The notes under the pieces: model-generated
Databases searched by the model: none
What the model was told of the DNA's origin: nothing
The model's input: only the letters and a program-made list of their open reading frames with translations
Assembly: GCA_964016885.1 (NCBI GenBank)
Contig: OZ024742.1
Coordinates: 155,868,001 to 155,932,000, forward strand
Source of the DNA: Eledone cirrhosa
Lineage: Eukaryota
Reading direction: 5' to 3'
Length of the DNA stretch: 64,000 nucleotides
Shown here: positions 14,188 to 27,142 of the stretch, in pieces
Layout: each line of letters begins with the position of its first letter
Position numbering within the stretch: the stretch's first letter is position 1
Made by a program: the position numbers and the translations under genes

Positions 14188-14527
14188 TTATACTCTTGCC
14201 AACACAAAATCTTGAGTTCCTTCTTCTATTTTAAACCTAGCACATAGACGTAACATATATCACGCAACCCCACCTAGACTATAGCTACCCCCTCCCCCCA
14301 ACCCGTAACCCAGATAGATAGGTACCCTAAGGGTGGAACAGTCCCCTACAAGGTTGATGTTTTTGCGTGTGTGTGTATGTGTGTGTATGTGTATGTGTGT
14401 GTGTGTGTGTGTGTGTTCTCCTGTTCTCTCTCACACACACACACACACACAGACATATGTATATGTGTGTGCGTACGTGTGTGCATGCATGCATGCATGC
14501 ATGTGTGCGTGCATTGTATACATGTAT

Positions 14528-14558
<31 letters not shown>

Positions 14559-16351
14559 TGTATGCATGTGTATTATATTGTGTGTATGTGTATATGTGAT
14601 GTGTATGTGTATATATGTATGTATGCTTATGTGTGTGTGTATGATGTGTGTATATATGTGTATATGTATGTATATTTTTTCTGTAGAAATCTTCTCTATA
14701 TGTGGTGTTTGGCATGAATACCTCCTATAATACTCTTCTTTGAGAGGAGCACGATATGTAGAGTAACACATATGTATTGTCGAAGTCGAAACTGAGAACC
14801 ACCACCCCTCCTGCTGACCCAACTGTTTACTGAGGACCAGAACACTATTCTCCGCAATATAAGAGAGGAATGCGCTTGCCGGACTATTGATGACCATAAC
14901 ATCACATTCCAACGTAATGGCAAAACACAGTGAATGCTATACACGACCAGAACACCACAACATGCACATCGGAGCAACACAGATATAATATCAATAGGCG
15001 AATCAATTGAGTTTTTTGAGTTGAAATACATATAAATATGTGCATGTGTGTATCGGACACACGTACACATAAAGAAACTGCTGACCTAAATGTACCTGTC
15101 ATGCCTGTCTGAATTCCTAAGAGAATTTTCGGTTAGTTACTATCTTGACCGATTAACCCCACAATTACTACGTAGCGGTTCTTGCACGTGACTGCTGGAC
15201 CCGGATGAAACGAAAACGAAGAATTTCCTTGCGTACCGTTTTGTACCACAGATGCGATGTCACACTGCCTCGTTAATGTTCTATCGACACCAAAGTTCTA
15301 CGTTCGGGGCAGTAGAATTGAATCCAACCACCGACAACATAGTTGGAAGACCGATAATCACACCAAACCGGAGTACTGTGATCCTGGTGATTTCGAGATA
15401 TACAACCACTGACACTGTTACGAAGACCAGAAAACCATACTCCATAATATTGAACCAAGTGATTGATTTGTGCGACCAAAATAACACCACACTTATATTG
15501 AACTAGGAATATTGGATCCTCCGTCAATGTCTGGGTGAGCAAAAATAGATTTCTATCTGCATTGGAATTTACGAACTTGTGCATCTGCTGTGGTGTCAAA
15601 AACAAACGCACATGACCGTACAGATAAACAATGGACTATGCCACGTGGCTTGAACCTGTAAGTGAATTGAAGGTTCTGTAACTCTGATATACAGATTATT
15701 TATTATTAAGATGTATAAACTTGACATAACTATTAACATCTTATATTCTCTCAACAAATCACATTTGTTCATATTTCCATATCCCGTTTTCTCCCCCATA
15801 ATTCTAATATTTTTATTTGAAAAAATCGATTTTTTTACATTGTGTTTTCCCCTTCAAATACTTGCTTATATTTCTTTATATATTCTCTATATATTTTTTT
15901 ATATATATATTTTTTATCTTTATCTTATTTTCACCTTTATCCTCCTTTATATTTTACCTTATTCTTACTTCTATACCTTATTATAGTGTAATCTTCCCCA
16001 TGCCTTATTATACATTATTAATTATAGATTATTATTATTACTCTTTTTCCATTTCTAATTACATCATGTACTTTCGCCTCCTCTATATATATATATATAT
16101 ATTGTATGCCATTTGTGTTTGTGTAGCCTCAGCACACGCTCTGCACCCTACTATCGACGCCAACCCATCTATGGTTCAGCTAACCACTCGACTCCCGGGA
16201 ATGAATATGACCGCAGCTAGTAAACAAGGACCCCCCCTCCCGCACCAAAATTAGACTTATCGTCCCCTACTTTTGTTCTTTACTCTCTTTACTCTTTGTT
16301 CTTGAATGTTTGGTTGGTAGAGTCCATAACACCAAGCAAACCCCTTTTATA

Positions 16352-16396
16352 GCTCTGACGAATCCTACGGTTACGTAAGGAAGAAACATTGTAAGC
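16352..16396 (+). ncRNA. Type I hammerhead motif in a probable PLE 3' end (about 15700-16460)
   Basis: GCT-CTGACGA-A-TCCTACG(GTTA)CGTAAGGA-A-GAA-ACATTGT-A-AGC then AATAAA at 16398. Confidence 0.75.
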
Positions 16397-16675
16397 CAAT
16401 AAAAATATGTTGATGTTGTAGACGCTCTTGTGTTCTTTATCATATATACGGCTCTGCTCCAAAGCATATAGCTAATTATTATGCTGCCAATACCTTAATG
16501 GGACACGGGTATACAATACCTAACTCCTATTAACCTAAGTATATATTTATATATATATATATATATATTTTTTTTTTTTTTGTTAGTATATGTTGGTTGT
16601 ATACCCAACACCTCAGTATGCAGGCTGGAGCACTCGATGAGGTGCGCAGGTTGGTTTGGTTACTCCGGAGTAATG

Positions 16676-16935
16676 TAAAATAAAGTAAAAAAAAAAGTCA
16701 AATGTTTAAAATTTAGCTTCGTTTATTATTGCTATATATATTTCGGTGACAGCAATCTTTGGCTGTGACCTCTTCAGGCAGTCCGAATTATACACCTCAA
16801 CAACATATGTACTTGTCTATACAACACTAATTCGGACTGCCTGAAGAGGTCACAGCCAAAGATTGCTGTCACCGAAGTATATATAGCAGTAATAAACGAA
16901 GCTAAATTTTAAACATTTGACTTTTTATTTTACTT

Positions 16936-16942
<7 letters not shown>
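16676..16942. mobile_element. ORF-less palindromic mini-element with two divergent HHRs (16729-16781 minus, 16837-16889 plus)
   Basis: 115-bp inverted arms and a 37-bp spacer. CTGC-CTGAAGA-GGTCACAGC(CAAAGATT)GCTGTCACC-GAA-ATATATAT-A-GCAR; the right copy has GAAG. Confidence 0.85.
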
Positions 16943-16976
<34 letters not shown>

Positions 16977-18423
16977 AAAGTTTTATTTAAGATTGTTGGG
17001 TTACAACGAGTAAATATTTTATAACTGATATAAAAGCACTCGACAGTTTCTGGAGTAGGTTTACGATATTAAACAAATGGAAACTATATGTATAAAACCA
17101 TATTTATTTCGTTATATATATTTCTGGGATATCATATTAAAAATATGTTATGCCTTCCTCAGACAAAATACAATACATAAGCTGTTTTATAAATAATTAG
17201 TGACATACCTTGTGATAATGCAACTTCCATTTAAAAAGTTGATTTGGTAGTGAAACTGTTATGATAGTTATATAGAAAGAAAACAACGATGAGAAGAAGA
17301 AGGTGAAGAGATGTATGTAAATAAAAAAATAAAAAAAAAAGAAGAAGATGAAGAGATGTATGCAAAGAGAAAAGAGATGTATGTAAAGAAAAACAACGGA
17401 GCGAGATAGAGAGACAAGGATAGAGAGAAATACATTGATGGTGAAAAAAAAACCTAGTAGGCTGCCTTTTGACAGATGATCATCGTATATGTGAGATGTT
17501 AAGGGAAGGGATACAGTTAGATTCGTGTATAGGAGAAAAAGAAAGAAAGATGATATATTTAAAATACATTAAAAATATATTATGTCTCATCCATTTGAAT
17601 TATCAATTTTTATGAATTAGGCATTATAATGTAAATATCAGTATTCACGAATGAGACACATATCTATAATGTGTAAAAAAAATGACCACATGCTCAGTTT
17701 AAACATTCTTAGGTCTATAAGCAAAATCTGAGACAAAACTTCAAACATAAGTATATATGTATTCTCGTGAAAAATGAGAAAAGAGAAGGTTATCTCAAAT
17801 TCAAGTTGATAAATATAGACGCACATGTGAACCTAGGTGATACGCTGCACTGATTCTTATATTTCATGAAAAACTTCAATGTGTCAGAAAAGAAAAACTT
17901 CAATGCGTTAGAAGAGATTCCACCCTACATACATTTACATACATATATACATATATATATAGACACAAAACATATAAGATATACATTAACATCTAAAATA
18001 ATCATCGATCAAGCATAGAGTAGACAACAGATATCAATATTAAAATTAAAAACGCCAAGAATATCTTCGTCACTCCACAGAGTATCTAGGGACGCAAGAG
18101 AACATAGTATGCCACGCATATCGGTCATAGAATCAGAGTCATAAGCAAACAAGACCAAAATTGCTCACCAAGCCTTATTTATCAGAAATCATTCAAAACT
18201 TATTCTACAAATGCTCTTATATTTATTATAGAAGTTTATCCAGCTTAAAAATGTATTCAAAAGATTGGGACCAACGCCAATTTTAGGGTAGTTTATTTAA
18301 TCTCATTAATTATATATTCATGCGGAAAGGTTTTAAAAAAAAAAAAAATTGAAGGAATCGAAAGATTTATCGCCAAGTATCACAAATAGTCAAATATCTT
18401 AAGTAAATATACTACATTTTATA

Positions 18424-19557
18424 CTACATTTTAAATTTATATTTATATTTAAATGTTGAGTTCAATCTATGTCTGCAACAGCTGAATACATTGGTTCGTA
18501 AATTAAGGGAATTTTTAGATTTTAATATAAAGAATATCTCCTCCGCGCAGAGGTCACAATTCTCAGAAGAGGAATTAAAAGGAATCCCTTTTGAGACTAT
18601 ATTCCAAACCATCGAATATCCAACTTTATCATGCTTAAGTTACCAGAGTAACCCTGACAGCGATGTTGATGATTTTTTATTTGGATCCGTGAAAGAATTT
18701 TTGTGATTATTATAGCGAAGTTTAAATTCTGTCGAGGTTGAACCAACATAATTAAAATAATTTAAATCAGTTCTAACATTACAGTTGTATATTATATTTT
18801 TAACTAAGCAATTGTTATTTAGCGGACATTTAGATCTATCTCTACAGTTACAGTTTTTTAGTTGAATATTGTTTAGGCTATTTTCGGTATTTCGGCTAGG
18901 TTTTAGATTCCTATTATTTATTCTATTAATATTTTGTGCTAAATTTTTGGTGGACGAGTACGTTAATTTTATAGTATGTCTATTAAAAATTGAGTGATAC
19001 TTATGTGTTCTAGGGAAGCGTTTGTCAAGAGCATTAAAAAATAGTTTAGCGATGTGGGTTTTAATGTTTAGTGAGAAAGGGGGGGCAAACCATATTATAT
19101 TTCTAGTTCTATTTCTTTTCTGGTTTTTGAAATAATTGTAGTGCTTTCTATTATAGTTGTTAAAGTTGTTACTGTAATTAAAATTGTTGTTATTTTGGTT
19201 AGTTTGTCTATTATCGATGTACATAATTTTATCACTATATCCTGCTCTAGCTAAAGCATCATTATAATATTGGGCTTTTTCGTCAAAAATATTTTTATTG
19301 GAAGAGATTCTAGAGATGCGTTTTTGAACAGAGTTTACTATAGTATTTTTGACAGATCTGGGGTGATTGGAGCTAAAATTGACATAATTCAAGTTTTCAT
19401 TTAACTTGTGAAATGGATAGTGAAGACATGTGTTGAGATTAAATGTTACGTCTAGGAAATTGACTATTCTATGGTTATTCTCAATTTCTATTTTTAGATT
19501 AAGGTAATTAAAAAATTGTATAATTTGTTTTCTTTTCTTATTTAGTTCAGAGTTATT
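18424..19557 (-). pseudogene. PLE RT C-terminus + GIY-YIG endonuclease
   Basis: NFLDVTF, SSNHPRS, IWFAPPF, CNCRDRSKCPLNNNCL, IIY...YVGSTST, CDLCAEE, CRH. Confidence 0.9.
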
Positions 19558-19906
19558 ATCCCTTCCCTTAACCTCTCACATATACGATGATCATCTGTCA
19601 AAAAGCAGCCTACTAGGTTTTTTTTTCACCATCAATGTATTTCTCTCTATCCTTGTCTCTCTATCTCGCTCCGTTGTTTTTCTTTACATACATCTCTTTT
19701 CTCTTTGCATACATCTCTTTTCTCTTCTTTTATTTATTTATTTTTTATTTTTTTATTTACATACATCTCTTCACCTTCTTCTTCTCATCTTCGTTTTCTT
19801 TCTATATAACTATCATAACATTTTCACTACCAAATCAACTTTTTAAAAGGAAGTTGCATTATCACAAGGTATGTCACTAATTATTTATAAAACAGCTTAT
19901 GTATTG

Positions 19907-19972
19907 TATTTTGTCTGAGGAAGGCATAACATATTTTTAATATGATATCCCAGAAATATATATAACGAAATA
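19907..19972 (+). ncRNA. Type I hammerhead motif (identical inverted copy at 17105-17170 minus)
   Basis: TATTTTGT-CTGAGGA-AGG...CATATT(TTT)AATATG...CCCA-GAA-ATATATAT-A-ACGAAATA, with an 8-bp helix I and an imperfect helix II base. Confidence 0.65.
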
Positions 19973-20012
19973 AATATGGTTTTATAAATATAGTTTCCAT
20001 TTGTTTAATATC

Positions 20013-20069
<57 letters not shown>

Positions 20070-20074
<5 letters not shown>

Positions 20075-20955
20075 AGGAAGTTGTAGTTCTCTTGAAGCAT
20101 TGTGTAATGGGGTATGAACGTTTGTAGTTGTAAGGCCAAGACATTGCAGGTATGGATATAGAATATAAATGCAGATACAAAAGATAATGTTGACAATTAG
20201 TCTTTTACCTTAAATTTATTTAAATATCCGTAATTTTCGAGATAATATCTCTTCTTCGGAGGGAAGTAAAGTGGTTAATCCAGTGTTCTAATTAGCTTGC
20301 CAAGTCACGCTGACAGGAAATGGTATAGAGATTCCATTCTATCTCTAATGTCAAAGAGTGATGGTTAGGTGGATAAAGAATAGTCTCCCTTTAAAAGGGG
20401 TTTTGGACATGTATGTTTAAGTGTGTGGGAGAATACGTGAAGGCGTAAGTATGCATGTGTGTATGTGTGTGTGAGTGTGAGAAGATATGCCTATACGTAA
20501 ATGTGAGGGCTAAATGCTTTATCATGTTAAAACTGATCTTCGTGTGTGTATGTGTGTGTGTGAGAGAGAATAAGTGGAGGTTTAAGCGTGTGTCTGTGTG
20601 CGTGTGCGTGTGCGTGTGTGTGATGGGGGGTGTAAGTGTGGGGCTAGGGTCTCTATCATGTTATGAATTGGGTGTTGAGTTCTAGTCTATTATTGATTGG
20701 TGGTTGTGTTTTGTCTATAATCAGTGCTTCCTTAATTCTAAGATTGCCGAGGTTTCTTTCCTTAGTTTCTATCGTAACTGTTATATTTTTGTCGGTCTTT
20801 TTGCATTTCACTAAGTGTTTCTTAAATGAGGAAGCGTTAGTATTGAGGTGTTCTTTTATTCTTATGTGAAGTAGTCCGGTGGTGCTACCTACGTAGAAAT
20901 TGCTGCATTTGTCGCACTCTAATCTGTATACGACGTAACAAAGTGAGTACATTAA
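20070..20955 (-). mobile_element. PLE 3' fragment: GIY-YIG endonuclease (20656-20955) plus UTR
   Basis: VVYRLECDKCSNFYVGSTT...RIKEH...KHL...KEALII...PPIN. Degenerate HHR-like CCGAAGA-A-GAGAT(ATT)ATCTC-GAAA at 20228-20262. Confidence 0.8.
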
Positions 20956-21928
20956 ATTACTACACCCAAAAGACTTAAAACTTAGACCTATTACAGCTGG
21001 ACCAACATGCCCTACCCACCGTCTAAGACATTTTGTTGATATTATTGTGAAACCACTATGTATACACATATCCAGTTTCTTCCGGGATGATATCGACTTC
21101 CTGTCCCATCTTCCCAAAACCACCGAAACGAATTCACTTCTACTCAGTTTTGATTTGGTAAGCCTTTACACCAACATTACACATGATTTAGGAATAAAGG
21201 CGGTTAAATACTGTGTGGAAAAACATAGAGAAGTGATTCCCACCAGATTGACAGCGTCATTAGACGCAGTCAAATTTCTTCTGGAATACAACACATTCTT
21301 CTTCAATGGAAATAATTACATCCAAATTAGAGGCACAGCGATGGGAATGAAGTTTGCTCCCGTTTACGCGAACTCTGTAATGGGATACTTAGAACAACAA
21401 CTCTACCAAGAAATAGAGGAAAAATATAGCACTGACTTTAGAAAGTACATTGAAAAGTCTTGGAAGAGATACCTTGACGACTGTTTCTTCATCTGGACAG
21501 AATCTCTCTATACTCTGGATGAGTTCAATATCCTCCTGAATAACCTACACCCATCTCTCCAACTTACAGAAGAGATGAGTAGTACCAAATTACCATTCCT
21601 AGATATAATGGTAATCAAAAACGACACCACCATTACCATGGATATATACTATAAACACACAGACACCGATTAATAGCTGATTTTTAAGTCGTGCCATCCA
21701 CCTCATACAAAACGCAACATCCCATATTGCCTAGCCAGAAGAATTTGTACCATTGTAGAAGATACGAATACCAGGAACAAACGCTTTACAGAACTGAGAG
21801 AATGTTTGCTCAAACAAAAACACCCCTCTCCACTTATAGAAAATGGCATACAGCGGGCTATAAAAATACCTATACAACAACTTAGGACAACCCAAGGAAG
21901 AAGAAACCAAGAACTGGTCATACTATTT

Positions 21929-22049
21929 ATAATTGTTTCTACTATTGGCACAAGGCCAGCAATTAACCAGTACATTTCTGGTACTTTATTTTATCGACCC
22001 GGTAAGGATGAAAGGGAAAGTTAACCTCAGCGGGATTTGAACTCAGAAT
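21929..22049 (-). mobile_element. 5'-truncated SINE inserted in the Neptune ORF
   Basis: Matches the 3' two-thirds of the SINE at 3400. Confidence 0.85.
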
Positions 22050-23022
22050 GACACACAACCCATGTCACCAGAATATCTTCAACACTGCCACGGCAAGCCT
22101 ACCGATCATTGCTCAAAGTAATGAATTAAAAGTTTTAATAACAGACCAAGCTTTGATTCTTAGTAAAAGACAGCCGAAACATTTTGAAGCAATTACTAAC
22201 AAAGGCAACATTTGACCTTAAAAACAAAGACCAATCATTCACTGTGTCTAAATGCAATGATAGTCGATGTGGCACATATCAGTTCATTCATACTGGTCAA
22301 TATATGAACACAACAACTGGAAAAATATTCCCAAATGCAAACATGAACTGGAAAAGCAGAAATCTAATTGACTGCATTAAATGCCCGAATTACGAAGAAC
22401 TATATGGTGGTCACACTGGAAATCCACTATCGGAACGCGCACGGGTGCACCGATGGCAAATCAGAGACCCAAATATCCGTCAGATGCGCCTGAGTAACCA
22501 TCTAGCCACATGTGGTCAGAAAATATTTATATGTCCATTCTTCAAACTACACAGCCCAAGTGAAATCAAGAGAGAAAATAAAGAAAATAATGTTATTGAT
22601 ATACTCCAACCCAAGCTAAATGAACAATAATAATGGGGTATTACTCCTACTATGAATACGCCTACCACCATGTCGTCTACCACCACTAACAACAACAACA
22701 ATAATAAAAGAGATGTTGATGGTGATGATTACTGAAGATTTTTTTTTAAAAACCCTAGAAAATGCTATTTTTCATCATTTCTAAAAATAGCAAAACAATT
22801 GATGTTTTGGATAGGGTCAAATAGAATTCGTTAGACATGTTCAACCAACCGTGACGCCTAATCCAATCAGCTTTAGTAATCTAGTGAAACCACACACCGA
22901 TTGGTCGAAATACAGTTTGCAAAACTTAACATTCTTTAGCCCCTTTTTACTGTATATAAGGCACGTACATTAGCCTTTTCATTACATTTGAAAATTGTAA
23001 AGTTGACTGTCACCACTGAATA

Positions 23023-23061
23023 TGAAGCTGAAGATTGCGAAAGCATGAAAGTACTTGTTCA
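23023..23061 (+). ncRNA. Minimal hammerhead motif in the Neptune 3' UTR
   Basis: TGAAG-CTGAAGA-T-TGC(GAAA)GCA-T-GAA-AGTACT-T-GTTCA, palindromic AGTACT, one helix I mismatch. Confidence 0.65.
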
Positions 23062-23178
23062 ATTAATATTTACATTTAATATTCTACCATATTATTTCAT
23101 TATAATATCATTATAATTTGAAAGGATCGTAAATAATACGAGTAAATTAGACAAAGTTGGAATTCCTTTTATTAATCG

Positions 23179-23232
23179 GAGCAATTTTTTATGTTTTTAC
23201 ATATAATTGACCTCCTACCCAACGCAAGAGAG

Positions 23233-23304
<72 letters not shown>

Positions 23305-24020
23305 ATGCACAGTGTGGAGCGACATATATTATACTATACTATATTTGTATAGTAATTAAAATTAAAATTAAAATCAAAACTAAATCCACACAGCCGAAAG
23401 AACCAATTCTATAAATATCGATTAAATAACACTGAGCTTCAATACGTTACAATCCTTTACTACAACACACATTCAATACGAATACATCGTAACATATGTG
23501 ATGAATGTGAAAACTATAACTTCCTTTTTCTGGATGTGAAAATGGTGGTGGATGTGAAAACTATTACTTTCTTTTTCTGCACACATACTAATTTGATCGA
23601 TACAAAACATACCCCCCGATTGCAACCACCATAATACTCTGCTTACCCGCTTAAAGTGCTTGTGTTACATGTAATACCTTGGCACACAATACTCTTATAT
23701 AAATGAGACACATTGGCATGCTCCATATATGACTAACGCATTCACGATCTACTAGATCTGATTATTGAACTATTCTTTTGCATTATCTGTGTTATTTCTC
23801 GCATGAATTTAGTTTTGATTTTAAGTTTAATTTGAATTACTATACAAATATAGTATAGTATAATATATGTCGCTCCACACTGAACACCAATATATATATA
23901 TATATGTATCTGTATGTCTCTTGCGTTGGGTAGGAGGTCAATTGTATGTACAAACATTAAAAATTGCTCTGAAGACTCCCAAGCCTAGGTTTGGAAGAAA
24001 CAATTTTAAATGAATAAATG
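23179..24020. mobile_element. ORF-less inverted-repeat element (arms about 23179-23385 and 23806-23969) with degenerate HHR at 23966-24008
   Basis: Arms are reverse complements apart from (TA)n length. CTGAAGA-C-TCC...GGA-A-GAAAC followed by AATAAA. Confidence 0.65.
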
Positions 24021-24190
24021 TTTTGAACATAGCTTTGATTCTTGTGAATTCTATATAACTGCTCCGTAGTACACACTGATGTTCTTACATTGAGCTTTTT
24101 TATCTTGCTGGTAATAAGGTAGTAATAAATTACTGACCTCCCCTGTTTATAGTTTAAAATATACATAACTATAAATAGTATCCTTAAAAT

Positions 24191-24221
<31 letters not shown>

Positions 24222-24226
24222 ATGTA

Positions 24227-24303
<77 letters not shown>

Positions 24304-24307
<4 letters not shown>

Positions 24308-24436
24308 GTAAACGGAATAGAAAATGCTGACAAATTGTTCACAGTTGAAAAATGGTTTAATTAGGAATAAAAGAGTATTAGTGATTGTATGGGTTAGTAT
24401 TCAGTTGTGGTTTTAAGTTTTTAAGTTTCTACCGGT
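24304..24436. repeat. Short dispersed repeat abutting (TA)n (second copy 49198-49321)
   Basis: Both start tattggtaaacggaatagaaaatgctgacaaattgttcacagt and end taccggt. Confidence 0.75.
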
Positions 24437-24509
24437 TGCGCATTTCTAAATGCTTTTCAAAAATAATTTTGAGATAGAGTGTCCGTGCTGTTTGCGAACA
24501 TATATTATA

Positions 24510-24747
<238 letters not shown>

Positions 24748-25248
24748 ACACATTAACAGAGAAAGCTTTAAGCTATACTCTGACTGGCTTCCATCTCACT
24801 CAACAAACATTAGGATATACCTTAGTATAATCCCAATTTTACGTTTGGGGTGCTAACTATATGTATTTTACGGAAAGCCAGTTGTATTATTTTATATGAG
24901 ACATAATTAAAATACATCTCCCTTTCAAAACAATTGTTTCATTATAAGTTTTCTACAAGTTGGGAAAAATGTGACCAGGTTTTGTAGAAGCCTACATAGT
25001 CCGTAGGAATATATGCAGGTGGGCACTTATAAATCATCAGTGGATGCCCGTCAAACATCGATATAAAAAAAAACTCTCTTACCGATATCCAATCCAATGT
25101 TCAGCGATGGCCGCCCTCCGTGTCAGAATGACCGCCAAATTTGAAATTGCAGCAGTCTCAGAATGAGAAATTTCACGCTGTCATCAAGCGGAATGGGAAG
25201 GTCATCGCGAAACACAAGAAAGTAAAATAATATGCACGCGGGTCAATT

Positions 25249-25380
<132 letters not shown>

Positions 25381-25384
25381 TGTG

Positions 25385-25422
<38 letters not shown>

Positions 25423-25435
25423 TATATGCGTGTGT

Positions 25436-25505
<70 letters not shown>

Positions 25506-25506
25506 G

Positions 25507-25540
<34 letters not shown>

Positions 25541-25606
25541 TTTTGAGTTTATGTTGGTTGCATACCAATACCTCAGTATGCAGGTGGTGCACTCGACGAA
25601 GTGCGC

Positions 25607-25777
<171 letters not shown>

Positions 25778-25789
25778 CACGATACACAC

Positions 25790-26122
25790 ACGCAAACGAA
25801 ATCGCAGAATAGAAGACACAAATAAATAAATAAATAAATAAACAGATTAAATAAAGATGGCGTAGACATACAGTACAACAGGAGGAAACATAATAGCACC
25901 ACTGACGAAAGAACTTTGTTAGACTATATATATGTGTGTTTGTGTCTATATTATATCTGTATTTTTTACCGTTGGTGAGTCAATGTTAAACATTGAGGAC
26001 CGAATAAATTAACTGACATAAAATATACAGAAGCGAAAACCAACCAAAGAGTGAGTGTGATCTGTTATTATTTCTGGCATTATTATTACAACAATATGAC
26101 CATCCCCAAGTATAACAATATA
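25790..26122 (+). mobile_element. Solo pLTR of the GTATAACAATA-terminus family, HHR helix II deleted
   Basis: Reverse complement of 55862-56270. Terminus shared with 11838/13190. Confidence 0.75.
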
Positions 26123-26145
26123 TATACACACTCACACACACACAT

Positions 26146-26253
<108 letters not shown>

Positions 26254-26317
26254 ATTTTTATGCATACGTATAACATATATGTATAGAACTGTTATATTGA
26301 TATCGAGTAAATGAAAC

Positions 26318-26640
26318 ACCGGGTAAGGAACATTGGGCTTGCAATTGAGAGGTTCTGAGAACGATCCTTGGACCGAGTGATGCGTTGTGTCCTTGAGCAA
26401 GACACTTTATTTCACGTTGTTCCAGTTTACTTAGCTGCAGAAACGAGTTGCCACATCACTGGTGGCAAGTTATATTGGTCACTGCCTTTCCCTTGGATAA
26501 CATCGGTGGCGTGGAGAAGGGAGATTGGTATGCATGGACCACTACTGGTCTTCTAGAAAACAAACCTTGCCCAGGCTTGAGGCTCGGAGAGAAATGTTCT
26601 AGGTGCAAAATGATGATCATTCGTGACCGAGAGGGGGCAT
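26318..26640 (+). mobile_element. Degenerate tRNA-derived SINE with CORE-like segment
   Basis: TGTGTCCTTGAGCAAGACACTT follows a decayed tRNA-like head. Confidence 0.55.
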
Positions 26641-26844
26641 TATATATATATAGTTAAAAGATGTGAAATGACATTTAAAATCTGTTAAAATTGGAAGTGA
26701 GCCTGGAAAAATAACGGGAAATATACATAAAAAAAGAAGGGTGAGAAAAATAATATATAAAAACATAAAAATATATAGTAATTTAGAAAAAGACATATGT
26801 GTGCATACATATACACACACATACACACATTCAGATAAAAGGAA

Positions 26845-26875
<31 letters not shown>

Positions 26876-26877
26876 TA

Positions 26878-27094
26878 TAGTAATAATAATAAAATTGAAG
26901 ACTAAAATCCAAAGAGGTCTCGATAAGGAAAATACATATCAAATATATAAGAACCGTAGAGCAAATATTTATTAAAATAACAGATTAAAGTTTAAGCAAA
27001 GAATCGCTGCTTTCACCCTTAACGGGATTTTCTGAAAGATCCCGTTAAGGGTGAAAGCAGCGATTCTTTGCTTAAACTTTAATCTGTTATTTTA

Positions 27095-27101
<7 letters not shown>
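26878..27101. mobile_element. Fold-back mini-element in (TA)n (second copy 37682-37915, opposite orientation)
   Basis: About 65-bp palindrome arms aaagtttaagcaaagaatcgctgctttcacccttaacgggat, one arm extended about 90 bp. HHR-like CWGAAGA-T-CCC(GTTAA)GGG-T-GAAAG. Confidence 0.75.

Positions 27102-27139
<38 letters not shown>

Positions 27140-27142
<3 letters not shown>

Larger units (their letters stand above)
17064..20014 (-). mobile_element. 5'-truncated Hydra-type PLE with pLTR (17064-17513) and inverted pLTR (19558-20014)
   Basis: About 450-bp reverse-complement arms enclose the coding fragment, with (TA)n near both ends. Confidence 0.9.
20961..23100 (+). mobile_element. Neptune-type PLE: RT + Zn linker + GIY-YIG (20961-22630, disrupted) and 3' UTR
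   Basis: LRPITAG, SFDLVSLYTNI, GTAMG, WKRYLDDCF, LPFLD, KCNDSRCGT, CIKCP...LYGGHTG. Confidence 0.9.
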
